Source of the DNA: Dictyostelium discoideum
Taxonomy: Eukaryota
Assembly: GCA_000004695.1 (NCBI GenBank)
Contig: CM000153.2
Coordinates: 4,128,001 to 4,192,000 of the forward strand
Reading direction: 5' to 3'
DNA: 64,000 bases
The first letter of the stretch is position 1. Each line of letters begins with the position of its first letter. The notes below the pieces were generated by a model. It was given only the letters and a program-made list of their open reading frames with translations. It searched no databases and had not been told where the DNA came from. Shown in pieces: positions 47,431-61,191 of this stretch. The position numbers were made by a program, and so were the translations under genes.

Positions 47431-48466
47431 ATGTCACCTATAGAAAATATAAATAATAATAATTTCATTTCAAAAGATTTTAATTTTCAAATTATAAAAA
47501 ATGAATTTAGTTTTCATTATGATAAAATTATTTTAATTTATAAATTAATTAATAATCAAGAAATTTCAAATAAAGGTATAACTTTTATTTAAAAAAAAAA
47601 AAAAAAGTTTTTTATAACCCATTTTTCATAATTAATTAATTAAATTTTTTTTTTTTTTTTTTTTTTGCCCATAAAATAAAGAATATATTAAAAATATTAT
47701 AAATTATTATGAAAAGGATAATTCTTGTACAAATTCATTAATTTATAATTATATTTCAATAATATCAAATGATATTGAAAGTTGTTTTGCTAATTGGAGA
47801 AATAGTTTAAAGAATGAATTTCAAATTATTAATAAATATTGTTTAGAATTAAATGTATTAAATGAAAAATTTGAAAATTTTTGTCAATTAGAGATTAAAT
47901 TATTAAATTCTATTTCAAGACAACAACAACAACAACCACCTATTGGATTTACTAAAAATGAATATTTTATTTTAAAATCTGAAATATTTAAAATGGTAAG
48001 AATATTATTAGAAAAAAGAAATTTAAATTTTGATGAACCATTAAAAAATATTCAAATTTCATTACCAATTTTATATGAAAATTTAAAATTAATTCATTTA
48101 AATTCACATAAATTAATTAATAAAGAAAAACAACAGTTAAATGAAAATGAAAATGAAAATATATCATTACATAATCAATATATAAATTCATTATCACCTG
48201 ATAATTCATTTTTAAAAATTAAACAATTGGATGGTGCTTCGTCTTTGTCTTCTGCCATTTTTAAACCATTACCACCATTACCGCAACCAAAACAATTACC
48301 ATCAATACCAATTTCACAAATAACTTCACCACAAAAAGAACCACAACAACAATTAAAAAAATTAAGACCTGCACCAATTCCAAAAGAACTTGAAAATAAC
48401 TATGTAATTTCTGTAACTCCAACTTCATCACAGGTTACAAACAATTTTTCTAACCAAAATGTCTAA
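47431..48466 (+). CDS. P/Q-rich protein family member 3 (309 aa). join(47431..47575,47682..48466).
   Basis: Seen: exon 1 'MSPIENINNNNFISKDFNFQIIKNEFSFHYDKIILIYKLINNQEISNK' ends at a GTATAA donor (phase 1). The acceptor AG lies at 47680-81. Exon 2 is 'EYIKNIINYYEKDNSCTNSL...CQLEIKLLNSISRQQQQQPPIGF...PLPPLPQPKQLPSIPISQITSPQKEPQQQ...'. The two-exon architecture and the conserved '(K/Q)NE(F/Y)..IY(N/K)(S/L)(L/I)N...KG' exon-1 end are shared with members 1 and 2. Confidence 0.6.
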
Positions 48467-48725
48467 AAATTAAAAATATAAATTAAAAAAAAAAAAAGTA
48501 GATCCCGATTCGTTATAGATATTTTCACATAAAAAAAAAAATTTATTTTTAATTTTTTAAATTTTTTTTTTAATTTATTTTTTTTTTTATTTTTTTTTTT
48601 ATTTTTTTGTGTTTGTTAAATTATAAGAAACAAATAAAAATAAAAAAAATAATTCACATTGCGCCTGAAAAAAAAAAAAAAAAAAAAACATTTAATTTTT
48701 TATATATATAAAAAAAATTAAAGAA

Positions 48726-48875
48726 ATGATAAAAAATACAGCTCCCAACAAATTTGTAGGCAATAATAAAATAGTTGACCCAAATTATGAAACATTAAAA
48801 AATGAATTTTTCAAATTATCTCAAAATATATTAACAATTTATAATTCATTAAATAATAATAATAAAACTATGAAA

Positions 48876-48923
<48 letters not shown>

Positions 48924-50160
48924 ATTTATTATTTCACATTGAATTTATTTATTAAAAATATGTTTTAATTATTATTATTATTAATATTTAGATATTTACT
49001 TAAATTCAAATAGTTTTTTAAATAATTTATCAAATTATTATCATAATAGTAATAATAATAATAATAATAATAATGGGTATGGGACGACTACTGAACAACA
49101 TCCATTAGGTGATTATAGTAATCAAATTTTAATAAATGTTAATAAAACATTCGAAGAATGGGAATTTAATCAATCTAGTCATTTTCAATCATTGAATGAT
49201 TATTGTAATCAAATTGAACAAATCAAATCAAAGATTGAAAGATTAGATAAACAAATGAACACAGAATCACAAGAATATCAAACTTTAAAAAATCAAATAT
49301 TTAAAGATGTTCAACAACTTTTCGATTCCAGAGTTAATCAATTTGATATACCATTAATTAATATACAATTCTCATTCAATAGTTGTTTACAATCTTTAAA
49401 TTCAAATCATAATGATTCTTCATTCTTACTTCAACAACCAATTAATTTTAATAATCCCGTACAATCATTACAACCATTAAATAATAATAGTGGTGTTACA
49501 CCATTAAGACATGCACCACCTGTAAATAATCATCTACAACAAATACCAAGACCAACCACTTCATATACACCACCAAAACAATATGTACCATCACCTCAAC
49601 AAAAACATCATCAATATACACCACCTCAACCATATACACCACCTCAACAACAACAACAACAACACCAATATACACCACCTCAACCATATAATCCACAACC
49701 ACAACAATATCAAGAACAAATGTATGAAAAATCACAAGAACAACCACCAGAACAACCACCAAATTCAGGACCAAGAAAAGGAAAATCACAATTGAAACAA
49801 ATTGAAAGACCCACTCAAATAGAGCTACCTGATAAATCAGTGATTGAACCAAATCTAAAGAGAAAGCCAGGTGACTTTTTAAGAGATCCTAATGCTCCAC
49901 GTTTTGTTCCTGCTTCATCTCAACAGCAGCAACAACAACAACAACAACAACAACAACATAGTAATAAACCTTCAATGGAACATCATTCAATGTCATTAAG
50001 TGAATCTTATAAACAAAAGGTTGTACTTTCAAATGATATAAATGAGCATGGATCACAAGGAAGTGATAATCATTCCAACACCACTTCTAAACCACCTGTG
50101 AGAAAATTAGATAATACAATAAGAACACCACCATCAAGACCTACTCCTTTACCAAAATAA
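48726..50160 (+). CDS. P/Q-rich protein family member 2 (439 aa). join(48726..48876,48992..50160).
   Basis: Seen: exon 1 'MIKNTAPNKFVGNNKIVDPNYETLKNEFFKLSQNILTIYNSLNNNNKTMK' ends at a GTAAAA donor (phase 1); a poly-A tract follows. The acceptor AG lies at 48990-91. Exon 2 'DIYLNSNSFLNNLSNYYH...' starts identically to member 1's exon 2 ('DIYLNSNSFMNN...'). It continues 'FDIPLINIQFSFNSCLQSLNS' (member 1: 'FDIPLINTQFSLPSLYQCLNS') and then a Pro/Gln-rich tail with 'YTPPQPY' repeats. Confidence 0.7.
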
Positions 50161-50266
50161 TAATAAATTGGAAACACATGCGCACTTTATCGTCTCCTTA
50201 AATATTTATATATTTTAATTGGGATTCTAATTTCATTTTATTTATTTTTTTTTAATTATTTTACCA

Positions 50267-50299
<33 letters not shown>

Positions 50300-50617
50300 T
50301 TTGCATTTATTATTTAAAAATTAAAAAAAAAAAAAATATATAATAAAATTTAAAAATATTAATTTTCGACCTCGTTATTGATTAATGGGCACTCTCGAAA
50401 ATTTAACCAATAAAATAATATCTCCCTTTTCATTGGACGCTTCTAAATTTTTTTTTTTTTTTTCATGGCTATTTGGTGTCATTTGCAGAATATTTTTTTT
50501 TTTTTTTTTTTTTTTATAATAAAATTTTTTTTTTTTTTTTTTTTTTTTTATTCGTGATCTATTTTTTTTATATTAAGAATAATATTTTATTTCTTTTTTT
50601 TTTTTTTTTTAATATAT

Positions 50618-51111
50618 ATGTTTTTCATTAAAAATAGAGTAGTTATTTTGATTTTCTTTTTATTTATTTGTTTCAAATTGAATCAAAGCCTAATTCAATC
50701 AGAATGTAGATATTTTAAAAATATTTTTATTTTTTTAAATTTTTTTTTTTTTGGGATTTGTTTTTAACCACTTTTTTTTTTTTTTCATTTTTTCATTTTT
50801 TTCACGGTCAAACAAAGATGAATGTTCATTTAATTTATTAAGTAAAATATTAAATGTTTCGCTTGAATACAGTAGGGATTCAAAAAATAGATATGATTTT
50901 TGTGGTTCAAGTAAAAAAGGTTTTGTATCGATGGTATGTGATGGGGAAAATGATTTCATTTCATCTATATCATTAGGTAGTAATAGAAGTACAATATTAT
51001 CATCTTCCGATTTTAATTGTTTTTCTTCGATTAGTATTATGTTTGTATTTAAATTTTTTAATTGTCATTATTATTATCATTCTTATTATTATTTTTTTAC
51101 AAATTATTAAT

Positions 51112-51148
<37 letters not shown>

Positions 51149-51580
51149 CAATTATATCTTAATTATAAATTTGAAAAAAATTTTTTATATGGATTTTCAA
51201 AAATAATTCCACACTTTTTATCATATTCTACAGATGAATCATTATTTGATTTGGATTTTAATATTGATAAAATGATATTAATAGATAGATTAGTTATTAA
51301 AAAATTAAAAATAAAAAAAAATTATAATCTTTATTTTTCAAGTTTAAAAAATGTCAGTATTTTCGAACTTGAATATGGACCATCAAATTTTCAAATTAAT
51401 TATATAAATGATTTATTTGAATTTAAAAATTTCATATCAATAAATATTTTTTCAAGTAGTATACCTTCAATGAATAATATAAATATTCTAGAATTGTAAG
51501 TAAAAATAATTTTATTTTTTTTTTATTTTTCAAATTAATAATAATAATAATAGTAATAAAAATTATTAATTAATGATAAA

Positions 51581-51656
<76 letters not shown>

Positions 51657-53976
51657 GTAGAGTTTTAAATTTATTACCAAGTTTTAATTTAAAATCATTT
51701 TCCAACTTTTCAACATTTTCAAATGTTGAGTCTATAAATTTAAATCCTACAAATCCATCAATGATTTTCCCATTCCCAATAGGATTGTGTAATCTTAATT
51801 TTAATAATAGTTTGGGAAGTTTGTAAGTTTTCTTTCTTTTTTTTTTTTTTTTTTTTTAATTTTTTTATTCTAATAATTTTGATAAAATCCACATTCTAAT
51901 ATAAATTATAAAGAGAAATAAACTACCAAATAGATAAACCATTAGATTTTATAGACCTTTCAGCATTGGGAAATTTATTTTTATTGTAAGTTTTTTTACT
52001 AATATTCATTATCATTACATTTTCTTTAATTTATTAATTAATTTATTATTATTTTTTTTTTTTAAAAAATAAAGTTTAATGCCAAATGTGGGACCTTTAT
52101 TTAATGTGGATGGTGAATTTCCTTTTATTAATATGATTAATAGATTTTATATAAGATTGTAAGTGTTTTTTTATATTGGTGAAAAACATTTACATTTAGA
52201 TTTTAATTATTTTAAATTTAATTAATTTTTTTTTTTTTTTTTTTTTAAATTAGTGAATTTTCAAATGGAAGAATTAATAGTTTTAATTTTATAAATGCAA
52301 CAACATTGACAATGGAAAATAATGGTATGGCAGGTACGATACCAACAGCTTTTCCTGGTGATAGGAACATTAATCTAAAGGGTAATAAGTTGGTAGGAGA
52401 AATTGATGAAAGTTGGTGTGGTAATTTATTTGATATTAGTGATAACTATATAAGTGGTGAGCTTCCATCATGTTTTAAATGTCATTATTTACAACCATTA
52501 ATTAGTTCAACACTATCTGGTAATAGATTTAAAAATTTCGATCCAAATAATTTAGAACCATGTTTAGATTTAGAATTAAATTTAGAATATAATCATTCTT
52601 TCAACAGATCATTAACATTATATGGTAAAAATCTTGGTCCATTTGATAATTCATTAAGAATTTATGATATAGATAATATTGGACCTATTACTATTATAGC
52701 ATGCAAAGAATATAAGATTAGAAAGTTTACTTGGGTACCGGGAGATGCACCAAAAGCAATTAATTTAACTTTTCCTTTTTTACCACAAGGCCCAAGAACA
52801 TTTGAAATCTCTGCATATAATGAATTTTTACCACATATCGATAGTATAATTAGATATTCAGATTATTTTATTATTAGTGGTAAATACTTTGCATATAATA
52901 AGAGTGTTATTAATGTTTTAATTTCAAATCATTCATGTTCAATTATAACAAGTAATTTCAATGAAATTCAATGTTATCTTTCAAATTCAAATCAAATAAT
53001 AAATAGTAATAGCAATAAATTAATTGCAAGTATTATTCAAGTTATGAATGTTTCAAGTACATTTAATTTCACAGCGAATCAAGCATGTAATGGTAATAAT
53101 TGTCCAATCGCAGATTGTAATAAATATGGTGAATATAATTATGAAAGTGGTGTTTGTGATTGTTATTCAAATGAATGGAGAGGCTATTCATGTGAATTAA
53201 AATCATTAAATTGTTTAAGTAATGATTGTAGCGGTAATGGCTATTGTAATAGTATCATTGGTAAATGTCAATGTAATAAAAATAGAGCATTCGATGATTG
53301 TAGTGGTATATTATGCAATGATGGTAATGGTTGTTTTAATGGAGGTAATTGTAATTTTCAAATTGGGGTTTGCAATTGTTCATCCAAATGGATTGAAAGT
53401 TCAGGATGTGCAACACCCAAACAATCAATTGATTCACAACAATTAGTACAAACAAAAAACAATCAAATATTAACATTAATTGGTTGGTTTGGTAATATTA
53501 ATATATTTTTAACAGTATTAATCGATGGTAAAATTTGTGACATCACTTCAAATAATAATGAAACCATTCAATGTATTCCACCAAATTATCATTGTGATTT
53601 CATAAAGACCTCATCATTAGAATTATCAGTTTCTCAAAATAATTACATATGGAATGGAGTTTATAATCCAATATTTATTAATGGCTGTAGTAATAGCAAT
53701 GAAGGCAGTAGTGGTATCAATAACAGTTATAGTAATAGCAATGAAAAAGAAAATTCATCATTATCATACAAAAATCAATCTTTAGTTTTAATCCTATCAA
53801 TTGTGTTATCTTTAATTTTATTAGGTTTATTAGGTTTAGTTTTCTTTAAAAAATTAGTCATAAAAAATAATTATTTAAATATAAATAATATTGAAAATAA
53901 AATAAGACCGAGTGAATATGATAATGATCAACCAGATGAATTTTTAAAAAATAAAATTAAATTAATTGACCTTTAG
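50618..53976 (+). CDS. LRR + EGF-like + single-TM surface protein, tandem family unit 1 (899 aa, 7 exons). join(50618..50705,50818..51040,51148..51495,51661..51822,51914..51985,52075..52158,52254..53976).
   Basis: Seen: a signal peptide 'MFFIKNRVVILIFFLFICFKLNQSLIQSE'. All seven phases are consistent (1,2,2,2,2,2). Exon 7 carries plant-type LRR motifs ('MENNGMAGTIPTAF..LKGNKLVGEIDESW..ISDNYISGELPSCF'). It then has four Cys-rich EGF/tenascin-like repeats ('CNGNNCPIADCNKYGEYNYESGVCDCYSNEWRGYSCE','CLSNDCSGNGYCNSIIGKCQCN','CNDGNGCFNGGNCNFQIGVCNC'). A TM helix 'LVLILSIVLSLILLGLLGLVFF' and a short cytoplasmic tail '...QPDEFLKNKIKLIDL*' follow. Confidence 0.75.
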
Positions 53977-54504
53977 AGGCAATACCCCAAATTAAAAAAA
54001 AAAAAAAAAAAAACAGGTTCCCTTAGAGATACTCCAATTAGTTGGGTGGGTTGTTTTATTTCTCAAATTTAATTGTTTTTTTTTTTTTTTTTTTTAGTTG
54101 CTTCATTTTTACAAATAAATAATAAAAAATTTTATTCAAAAAAAAAAAAAAATTAATTAGTCAACCCTTAAAAAATATATGAATTCAAGGTGAATCTAAC
54201 ATATTTTAATATTTATATGGTCGCAAAATAAAAAAAAGGCAGAGGGATTTCACTGAAAGTTTTGGTGCATTTTTTAAAAAAAATAAAAAATAAAAAAAAA
54301 AAAAATTTAAAAAAAAATCTTAAAAGCGATAAAACTTTTCTTAGGATGAAAATTTTTTTATTTTTTTATTTTTTTTTTTTTTTTATTTTTTTTTTTTTCG
54401 AATTTAAAAATATCTCAAATGATTTAACAAGTGCGGGCAAAACAAAATTGATTTTTTTTTTTTTTTGTTTTTTTTTTTTTTTTTTTTTTAAAAAATCAAA
54501 AGGG

Positions 54505-55560
54505 ATGAAAATGAAAAGTAGAGGGTTCATATTATTTTTTATAATCATACTTTCAAATTTAAGCCAAGCAACTCTAGTTGAATCAGAATGTAAAAATAAT
54601 AGAATTTTAATAACACAAATAAATAAATAAATATTAATTCTTTTATTTTTATTTCTTATATTAGATAAATGTTTATATAATTTATTAAGTAAAATTTTAA
54701 AAGTATCAAAAAACTTTTATAAAGAATCTAATAATAGATATGCATTTTGTCAGACTGCTGATAAATCAGATTTTCTTTGGGCACAATGTTCTGAAGGTTC
54801 AGTTGAAAATATTTTTTTAGGTTCCAATAATAAAAGTACAATTTTTTCAAACAATGATTTTAATTGTTTTTCTTCTTTGCAAAATATGTAAGTCCTAACA
54901 ATAACAATAATAATAAATATCATTTTATTAATACTTTTTTTTTTTAAAAATAAAAAATAAAAAAAAGAGAAATATTTTTTAAATACAAATTTGAAAGAAA
55001 TTTTTTATTTGGGTTTTCAAGTAATTTATTTAATTTTAAATCACATTCTTCAGATGAATCATTAATTGATATGGATGTCAATGCTAACAAAACAATTTCA
55101 ATTAAATATTTATATATTAATCAATTAATAATTAAAAGAGATTTTAATATTTATTTTTCAAATTTTGTTAATGTCCGAAATTTTGAAATTGACACACTCC
55201 AATCAAACTACCAAATTAATTATATAAATGATTTGGTTAGTTTTAAATGTAATTTTGATACAATTTCATTTTCTTCAAATAATATACCATCAATGAATAA
55301 TATACTAGTAAATAATTTGTAAGTTTTTATTATTCTATTCTTTTTTTTTTTTTTTTTTTTAATATGAAATAATACTAAATTAATTAATCTATATTTATAT
55401 AATAGATATATAAAACTACTTTCAAATTTTAATATTGATTCATTTTTCAACTTTTCAACAAATACAAACATTGGTACTATAAAATTAAATTCATCAGATC
55501 CATCAATGCTTTTTCCATTTCCACCCCCTTCTTCTGTTCAATCATTGTAATTATTAATTA

Positions 55561-55648
<88 letters not shown>

Positions 55649-57732
55649 AACTATTATATTATTATAAATAAGAGTAATAAATTATCTAATAGAGAAGCCA
55701 TTGAATTTTATTGATTTATCTAAATTTGAAAAATTAATTTATTTGTAAGTATTTTTTTATATTTTAAAATGTTTCTTTTCTAAACTTTTCACTAACTTTT
55801 TTTTATAATTTATAATTATTAAAAGAAAAATTCCAAATGTTGGAGTTTTATTTAATGTAGATGGTGAATTACCATTCATTAATATGCAAAATATTTATAA
55901 TTTGTAAGTATTTTTTTTTTTTTTTTTTTTTTTTTTCAGAATTTAATGATGATGATATTTAACTATTTTACATATTTTTAATTAGCGAGTTTTCAAATGG
56001 GAAAATCAATTATTTAAATTGGACAAAATTACCAACCGAAGTGGGATATTTAACAATGGAAAATAATGGTATGACAGGTACGATACCAACAAAGTATCCA
56101 GATTATTTATCCTACCTTTATGTAAAGGGGAATAAGTTGACAGGAGAAATTGATGAAAGTTGGTATGGTAAATTATTTGATATTAGTGATAACTATATTA
56201 GTGGTGAGCTTCCATCATGTTTTAAATGTCATTATTTACAACCATCAATTAGCTCAACACTATCTGGTAATAGATTTAAAAATTTCGATCCAAATAATTT
56301 AGAACCATGTTTAGATCTAGAATTAAATTTAGAATATAATCATTCTTTCAACAGATCATTAACATTATATGGTAAAAATCTTGGTCTATTTTTTAATTCA
56401 TTTAGTATTAGCAGTGTTAATAATGCTTTACAACCTTTGCCTATTGATATATGCAAAGAATATAAGATTAGAATGCGACCTACAGAACCAGGTGATGCAC
56501 CAAAAGCAATTAATTTAACTTTTCCTTTTTTACCACAGGGTTCAAAAACATTTCAAATCTCTGCATATAATGAATTTTTACCACAAATCGATAGTATAGT
56601 TAGATATTCAGATTATTTTATTATCAGTGGTAAATACTTTGCATACAATCAGAGTGTAACTACTGTTTTAATTTCAAATCATTCATGTTCAATTATAACA
56701 AGTAATTTCAATGAAATTCAATGTTATCTTTCAAATTCAAATCAAATCATTAATAATGAAGAATTAATTACAAGTATTATTCAAGTTATGAATGTTTCAA
56801 GTAAATTTAATTTCAGAGTGAATCAAGCATGTAATGGTAATAATTGTCCAATTGCAGATTGTAATAAATATGGTGAATATAATTATGAAAGTGGTGTTTG
56901 TGATTGTTATTCAAATGAATGGAGAGGCTATTCATGTCAATTAAAATCATTAAATTGTTTAAGTAATGATTGTAGCGGTAATGGTTATTGTAATAATATC
57001 ATTGGTAAATGTGAATGTAATACAAATAGAGTATTCGATGATTGTAGTGGTATATTATGTAATAATGGTCATGGTTGTTTTAATGGAGGTAATTGTAATT
57101 TTCAAAATGGAGTTTGCAATTGTTCATCCAAATGGATTGAAAGTTCAGGATGTGCAACACCCAAACAATCAATTGATTCACAACAATTAGTACAAACAAA
57201 AAACGATCAAATATTAACATTAATTGGTTGGTTTGGTAATATTAATATATTTTTAACAGTATTAATCGATGGTAAAATTTGTGATATCATTTCAAATAAT
57301 AATGAAACCATTCAATGTATTCCACCAAATTATCATTGTGATTCCATAAAGACCTCATCATTAGAATTATCAGTTTCTCAAAATAATTACATATGGAATG
57401 GAACTTATAATCCAATATTTATTAATGGCTGTAGTAATAGTAATGAAGGCAGTAGTGGTATCAATAACAGTTATAGTAGTAATAGTAATGAAAACAATCA
57501 AAAAGAAAATTCATCATTATCACCCAAAAATCAAATTCTAGTAATAATCATATCAATTATATTATCTTTAATTTTATTAGGTTTATTAGGTTTAATTTCC
57601 TTTAAAAAATTAATCAAAAAAAATAATTATTTGCATTTAAATAATATTGAAAATAAAATAAGGCCGAATAAAGATGATAGTGGTCAACCAGATGAATTTT
57701 CAAAGAATAAAATTAAACTAATTAACCTTTAG
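54505..57732 (+). CDS. LRR + EGF-like + TM surface protein, family unit 2 (898 aa). join(54505..54589,54665..54887,54968..55318,55406..55546,55673..55744,55826..55903,55986..57732).
   Basis: Seen: 'MKMKSRGFILFFIIILSNLSQATLVESE' ends at a GTAAAA donor. Exon 2 is 'YKCLYNLLSKILKVSKNFYKESNNRYAFCQ...FNCFSSLQN' with a GTAAGT donor. Exon 3 '...SDESLIDMDVNANKTISIKYLYINQLIIKRDFNIYFSNFVNVRNFEID...SMNNILVNN' ends at 'tt|GTAAGT'. Exons 4-6 are short (141, 72 and 78 nt), all phase 2. Exon 7 is 'FSNGKINYLNWTKLPTEVGYLTMENNGMTGTIPTKYP...', then EGF repeats, a TM 'LVIIISIILSLILLGLLGLISF' and '...QPDEFSKNKIKLINL*'. Exon sizes and phases match unit 1. Introns 4-5 contain long (ATT)n runs (55561-55650). Confidence 0.75.
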
Positions 57733-58250
57733 AGGTAAAATCCCAAAAAAACAGAAAAAAAAAAAATAAAAAAAATAAAAAAAATAAAAAAAAAAAAAAA
57801 AAAATTTGAAATTATCTATATCTGTGGGTCTTGATAATATCCATTATTTTATTCACAATAATCATTTTTTTTTTTTTTTTTTAATTTTGGGTTTTTTTTT
57901 AATTTATTTTTAGATTTTTTTTTTTTTTTTTTGGCTTTTTTTTTTTAATGGGCTCAAAAAAAAAAAAAAAAATTAAAATAAAATAAAATAAAACCCAAAA
58001 ATAAACTTTTTTAAATAAACAAATAAATAGGACACATAATCAAACTCCAAAATTTTTATTTTTAATTTTTTTTTGTTTAAGCATATTTTATTATTAGGAG
58101 CCGCATAAAAATAAAAAAAATAAAAGTAAAAAAAAAAGAGGCGACAAACCCACCAGCGCCCATAAAATTACTTTTCACCACTTTAATGTGAAGTGAACAA
58201 AAAAAAAAAATTGTTTTGTTTTTTTTTTTTTTAAACTCAAAATCTTTGTG

Positions 58251-59300
58251 ATGAAAAGAAGAGGGTTTATTCTATTTTTCTTTTTATTCATATTTTTTGA
58301 ATTAAACCAAACAACTATTGTTGGATCAGAATGTAACTATATTAAATTTATTTATTTATTATTAAAATTCTAATTATTATTTTTTTTTTTATTAGATAAA
58401 TGTTTATATAATTTATTAAGTAAAATATTAAACGTATCAAAAAACTTTTATAAAGAATCTAAAAATAGATATGCACTTTGTCAGACTGTTGATAAATCCG
58501 ATTTTATTTGGGCATATTGTAATGAAGAAGGTTTAGTTAATGATATTGTGTTGCGTGGTGATAATAAAAGTACAATATTTTCAAACAATGATTTTAATTG
58601 TTTTTCTTCTTTGCGAAGTATGTAAGTAATAAAAAATAAAATTAATTATAGTTTATTATAATTTATTATTATTATAATTTTAATACTTAATTATATCATT
58701 TTATTTATATTTTTCAAATAAAGAGACATATTTTTTAATTATAAATTTAAAAGAAATTTTTTACTTGGATTTTCAAATAATATAGTTAATTTCAAATCAC
58801 GTTCTTCAGACGAATCATTAATTGATATGGATGTCAATATTAACAAAACAATAGCAATTCAAATTTTAAATATTAATCAATTAATAATTAAAAGAGATTT
58901 TAATGTTTATTTTTCAAAATTTGTTAATGTCCGAAATTTTGAAATTTACACACTACGATCAAAACATCAAATTAATTATATAAATGATTTGGTTAATTTA
59001 GGATGTAATTTTGATATAGTTTCGTTTTCTTCGAATAATATACCATCAATGAAAAATATACAATCAAATACATTGTAAGTTTTTATTTTATTTTATTTTA
59101 TATTAAATAATATTAAATTAATAACCTAAATTTATTAAATAGAAATATAAATTTAAATTCAAATTTTAATATTGATTCATTTTCCAACTTTTCAACATAC
59201 ACAAAAATAGGTGCTATAGAATTAACTCCATCAAATCCATCAATGATTTTCCCATTCCCACCCCCATCTTGTGTTAATGTTTTGTATTTATTATTTATTA

Positions 59301-59361
<61 letters not shown>

Positions 59362-61097
59362 CATTATTATTATTATCATTATTATTATCATTGTTTTTTA
59401 TTATTTATTATTGACTATTGATTTATTTTTAACTATTGTTATTATATAAAGAAAAATAAATTATCAAATAGATAAACCATTGGATTTTATTGATTTATCT
59501 AAATTTGAAAATCTGTATGATTTGTGGGTATTTTTTATTTTTAAATAATTTTTGTTTTCTAAACTTTTCACTAATTTTATTTTTATAATTTTTAATTATT
59601 AAAAGAAAAATACCAAATGTTGGAGTTTTATTTAATGTAGATGGTGAATTACCATTCATTAATATGCATGTTATGGATACTAGTATTTTGTAAGTTTTTT
59701 TTTATTATTTATATTCTTGTTTTCATTGTAATTATGGTACGATACCAACAAAGTTTCCAGATAAATTATCAATTCTTTATTTAAATGGTAATAAGTTGAT
59801 AGGAGAATTCAATGGAAATTGGTATGGTGAAGATTTTGATATTAGCGATAACTATATTGATATTTATCTTCCATCATGTTTTAAATGTCACTATTTACAA
59901 CCATCAATTAGCAGACCAATATCTGGTAATAGATTTAAAAATTTCGACCCAAATAACTTAGAACCATGTTTAAGCATAGATTTAAATCTTTCATATAATA
60001 ACTCCACTGATCAATTACTATTGTATGGTAGTGATCTTGGATTTCCAACATCAATCATGATATTAGATAACCCAATTTTAGTATTTGATTATGGTGAAAA
60101 ATGTAAGGAAATTAGAATTTTAAAGCCTAGATGGAAGATAGGAGAAGTACCAAAAGCAATTAATGTTACATTTCCTTTTTTACCACAAGGTCCAAGAACA
60201 TTTGAAATCTCTGCATATAATGAATTTTTACCACAAATCGATAGTATAGTTAGATATTCAGATTATTTTATTATCAGTGGTAAATACTTTGCATACAATC
60301 AGAGTGTAACTACTGTTTTAATTTCAAATCATTCATGTTCAATTATAACAAGTAATTTCAATGAAATTCAATGTTATCTTTCAAATTCAAATCAAATCAT
60401 TAATAATGAAGAATTAATTACAAGTATTATTCAAGTTATGAATGTTTCAAGTAAATTTAATTTCAGAGTGAATCAAGCATGTAATGGTAATAATTGTCCA
60501 ATTGCAGATTGTAATAAATATGGTGAATATAATTATGAAAGTGGTGTTTGTGATTGTTATTCAAATGAATGGAGAGGCTATTCATGTCAATTAAAATCAT
60601 TAAATTGTTTAAGTAATGATTGTAGCGGTAATGGTTATTGTAATAGTATTATTGGTAAATGTCAATGTAATACAAATAAAATATTCGATGATTGTAGTGG
60701 TATATTATGTAATAATGGTAATGGTTGTTATAATGGTGGTAATTGTAATTTTCAAAATGGAATTTGTAATTGTTCATCCGAATGGATCGAAAGTTCAGGA
60801 TGTGCAACACCCAAACAATCAATTGATTCACAACAATTAGAACAAACAAAAAATGATCAAATACTAACATTAATTGGTTGGTTTGGTAATATTAATATAT
60901 TTTTAACAATACTAATCGATGGTAAAATTTGTGATATCACTTCAAATAATAATGAAACCATTCAATGTATTCCACCAAATTATCCGTGTGATTTCATAAA
61001 AAACTCATCATTAAAATTATCAGTTTCTCAAAATAATTACATATGGGATGGGATTTATAATCCAATATTTATCAATGGTTGTAGTAGTAGTGAAGAC

Positions 61098-61191
<94 letters not shown>

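Noticed and set aside
49496-49852. ORF 49496..49852 - (118 aa) and ORF 49583..49795 +.
   Set aside because: They are antisense and alternate frames of the PQ-rich exon 2 of member 2, purely repeat-driven (poly-V).
53222-53446. 74-aa ORFs 'MIVAVMAIVIVSLVNVNVIKIEHSMIVVVYY...' recurring at 53222, 56966 and 60616.
   Set aside because: Their conservation across units made them look real. But they are simply the +1 frame of the conserved EGF-repeat exon 7 of each LRR-EGF unit, so they are conserved only because the main frame is.
59113-59449. ORFs 59113..59391 - and 59243..59449 + with long poly-Ile.
   Set aside because: They are translation of the intronic (ATT)n microsatellite between exons 4 and 5 of unit 3.
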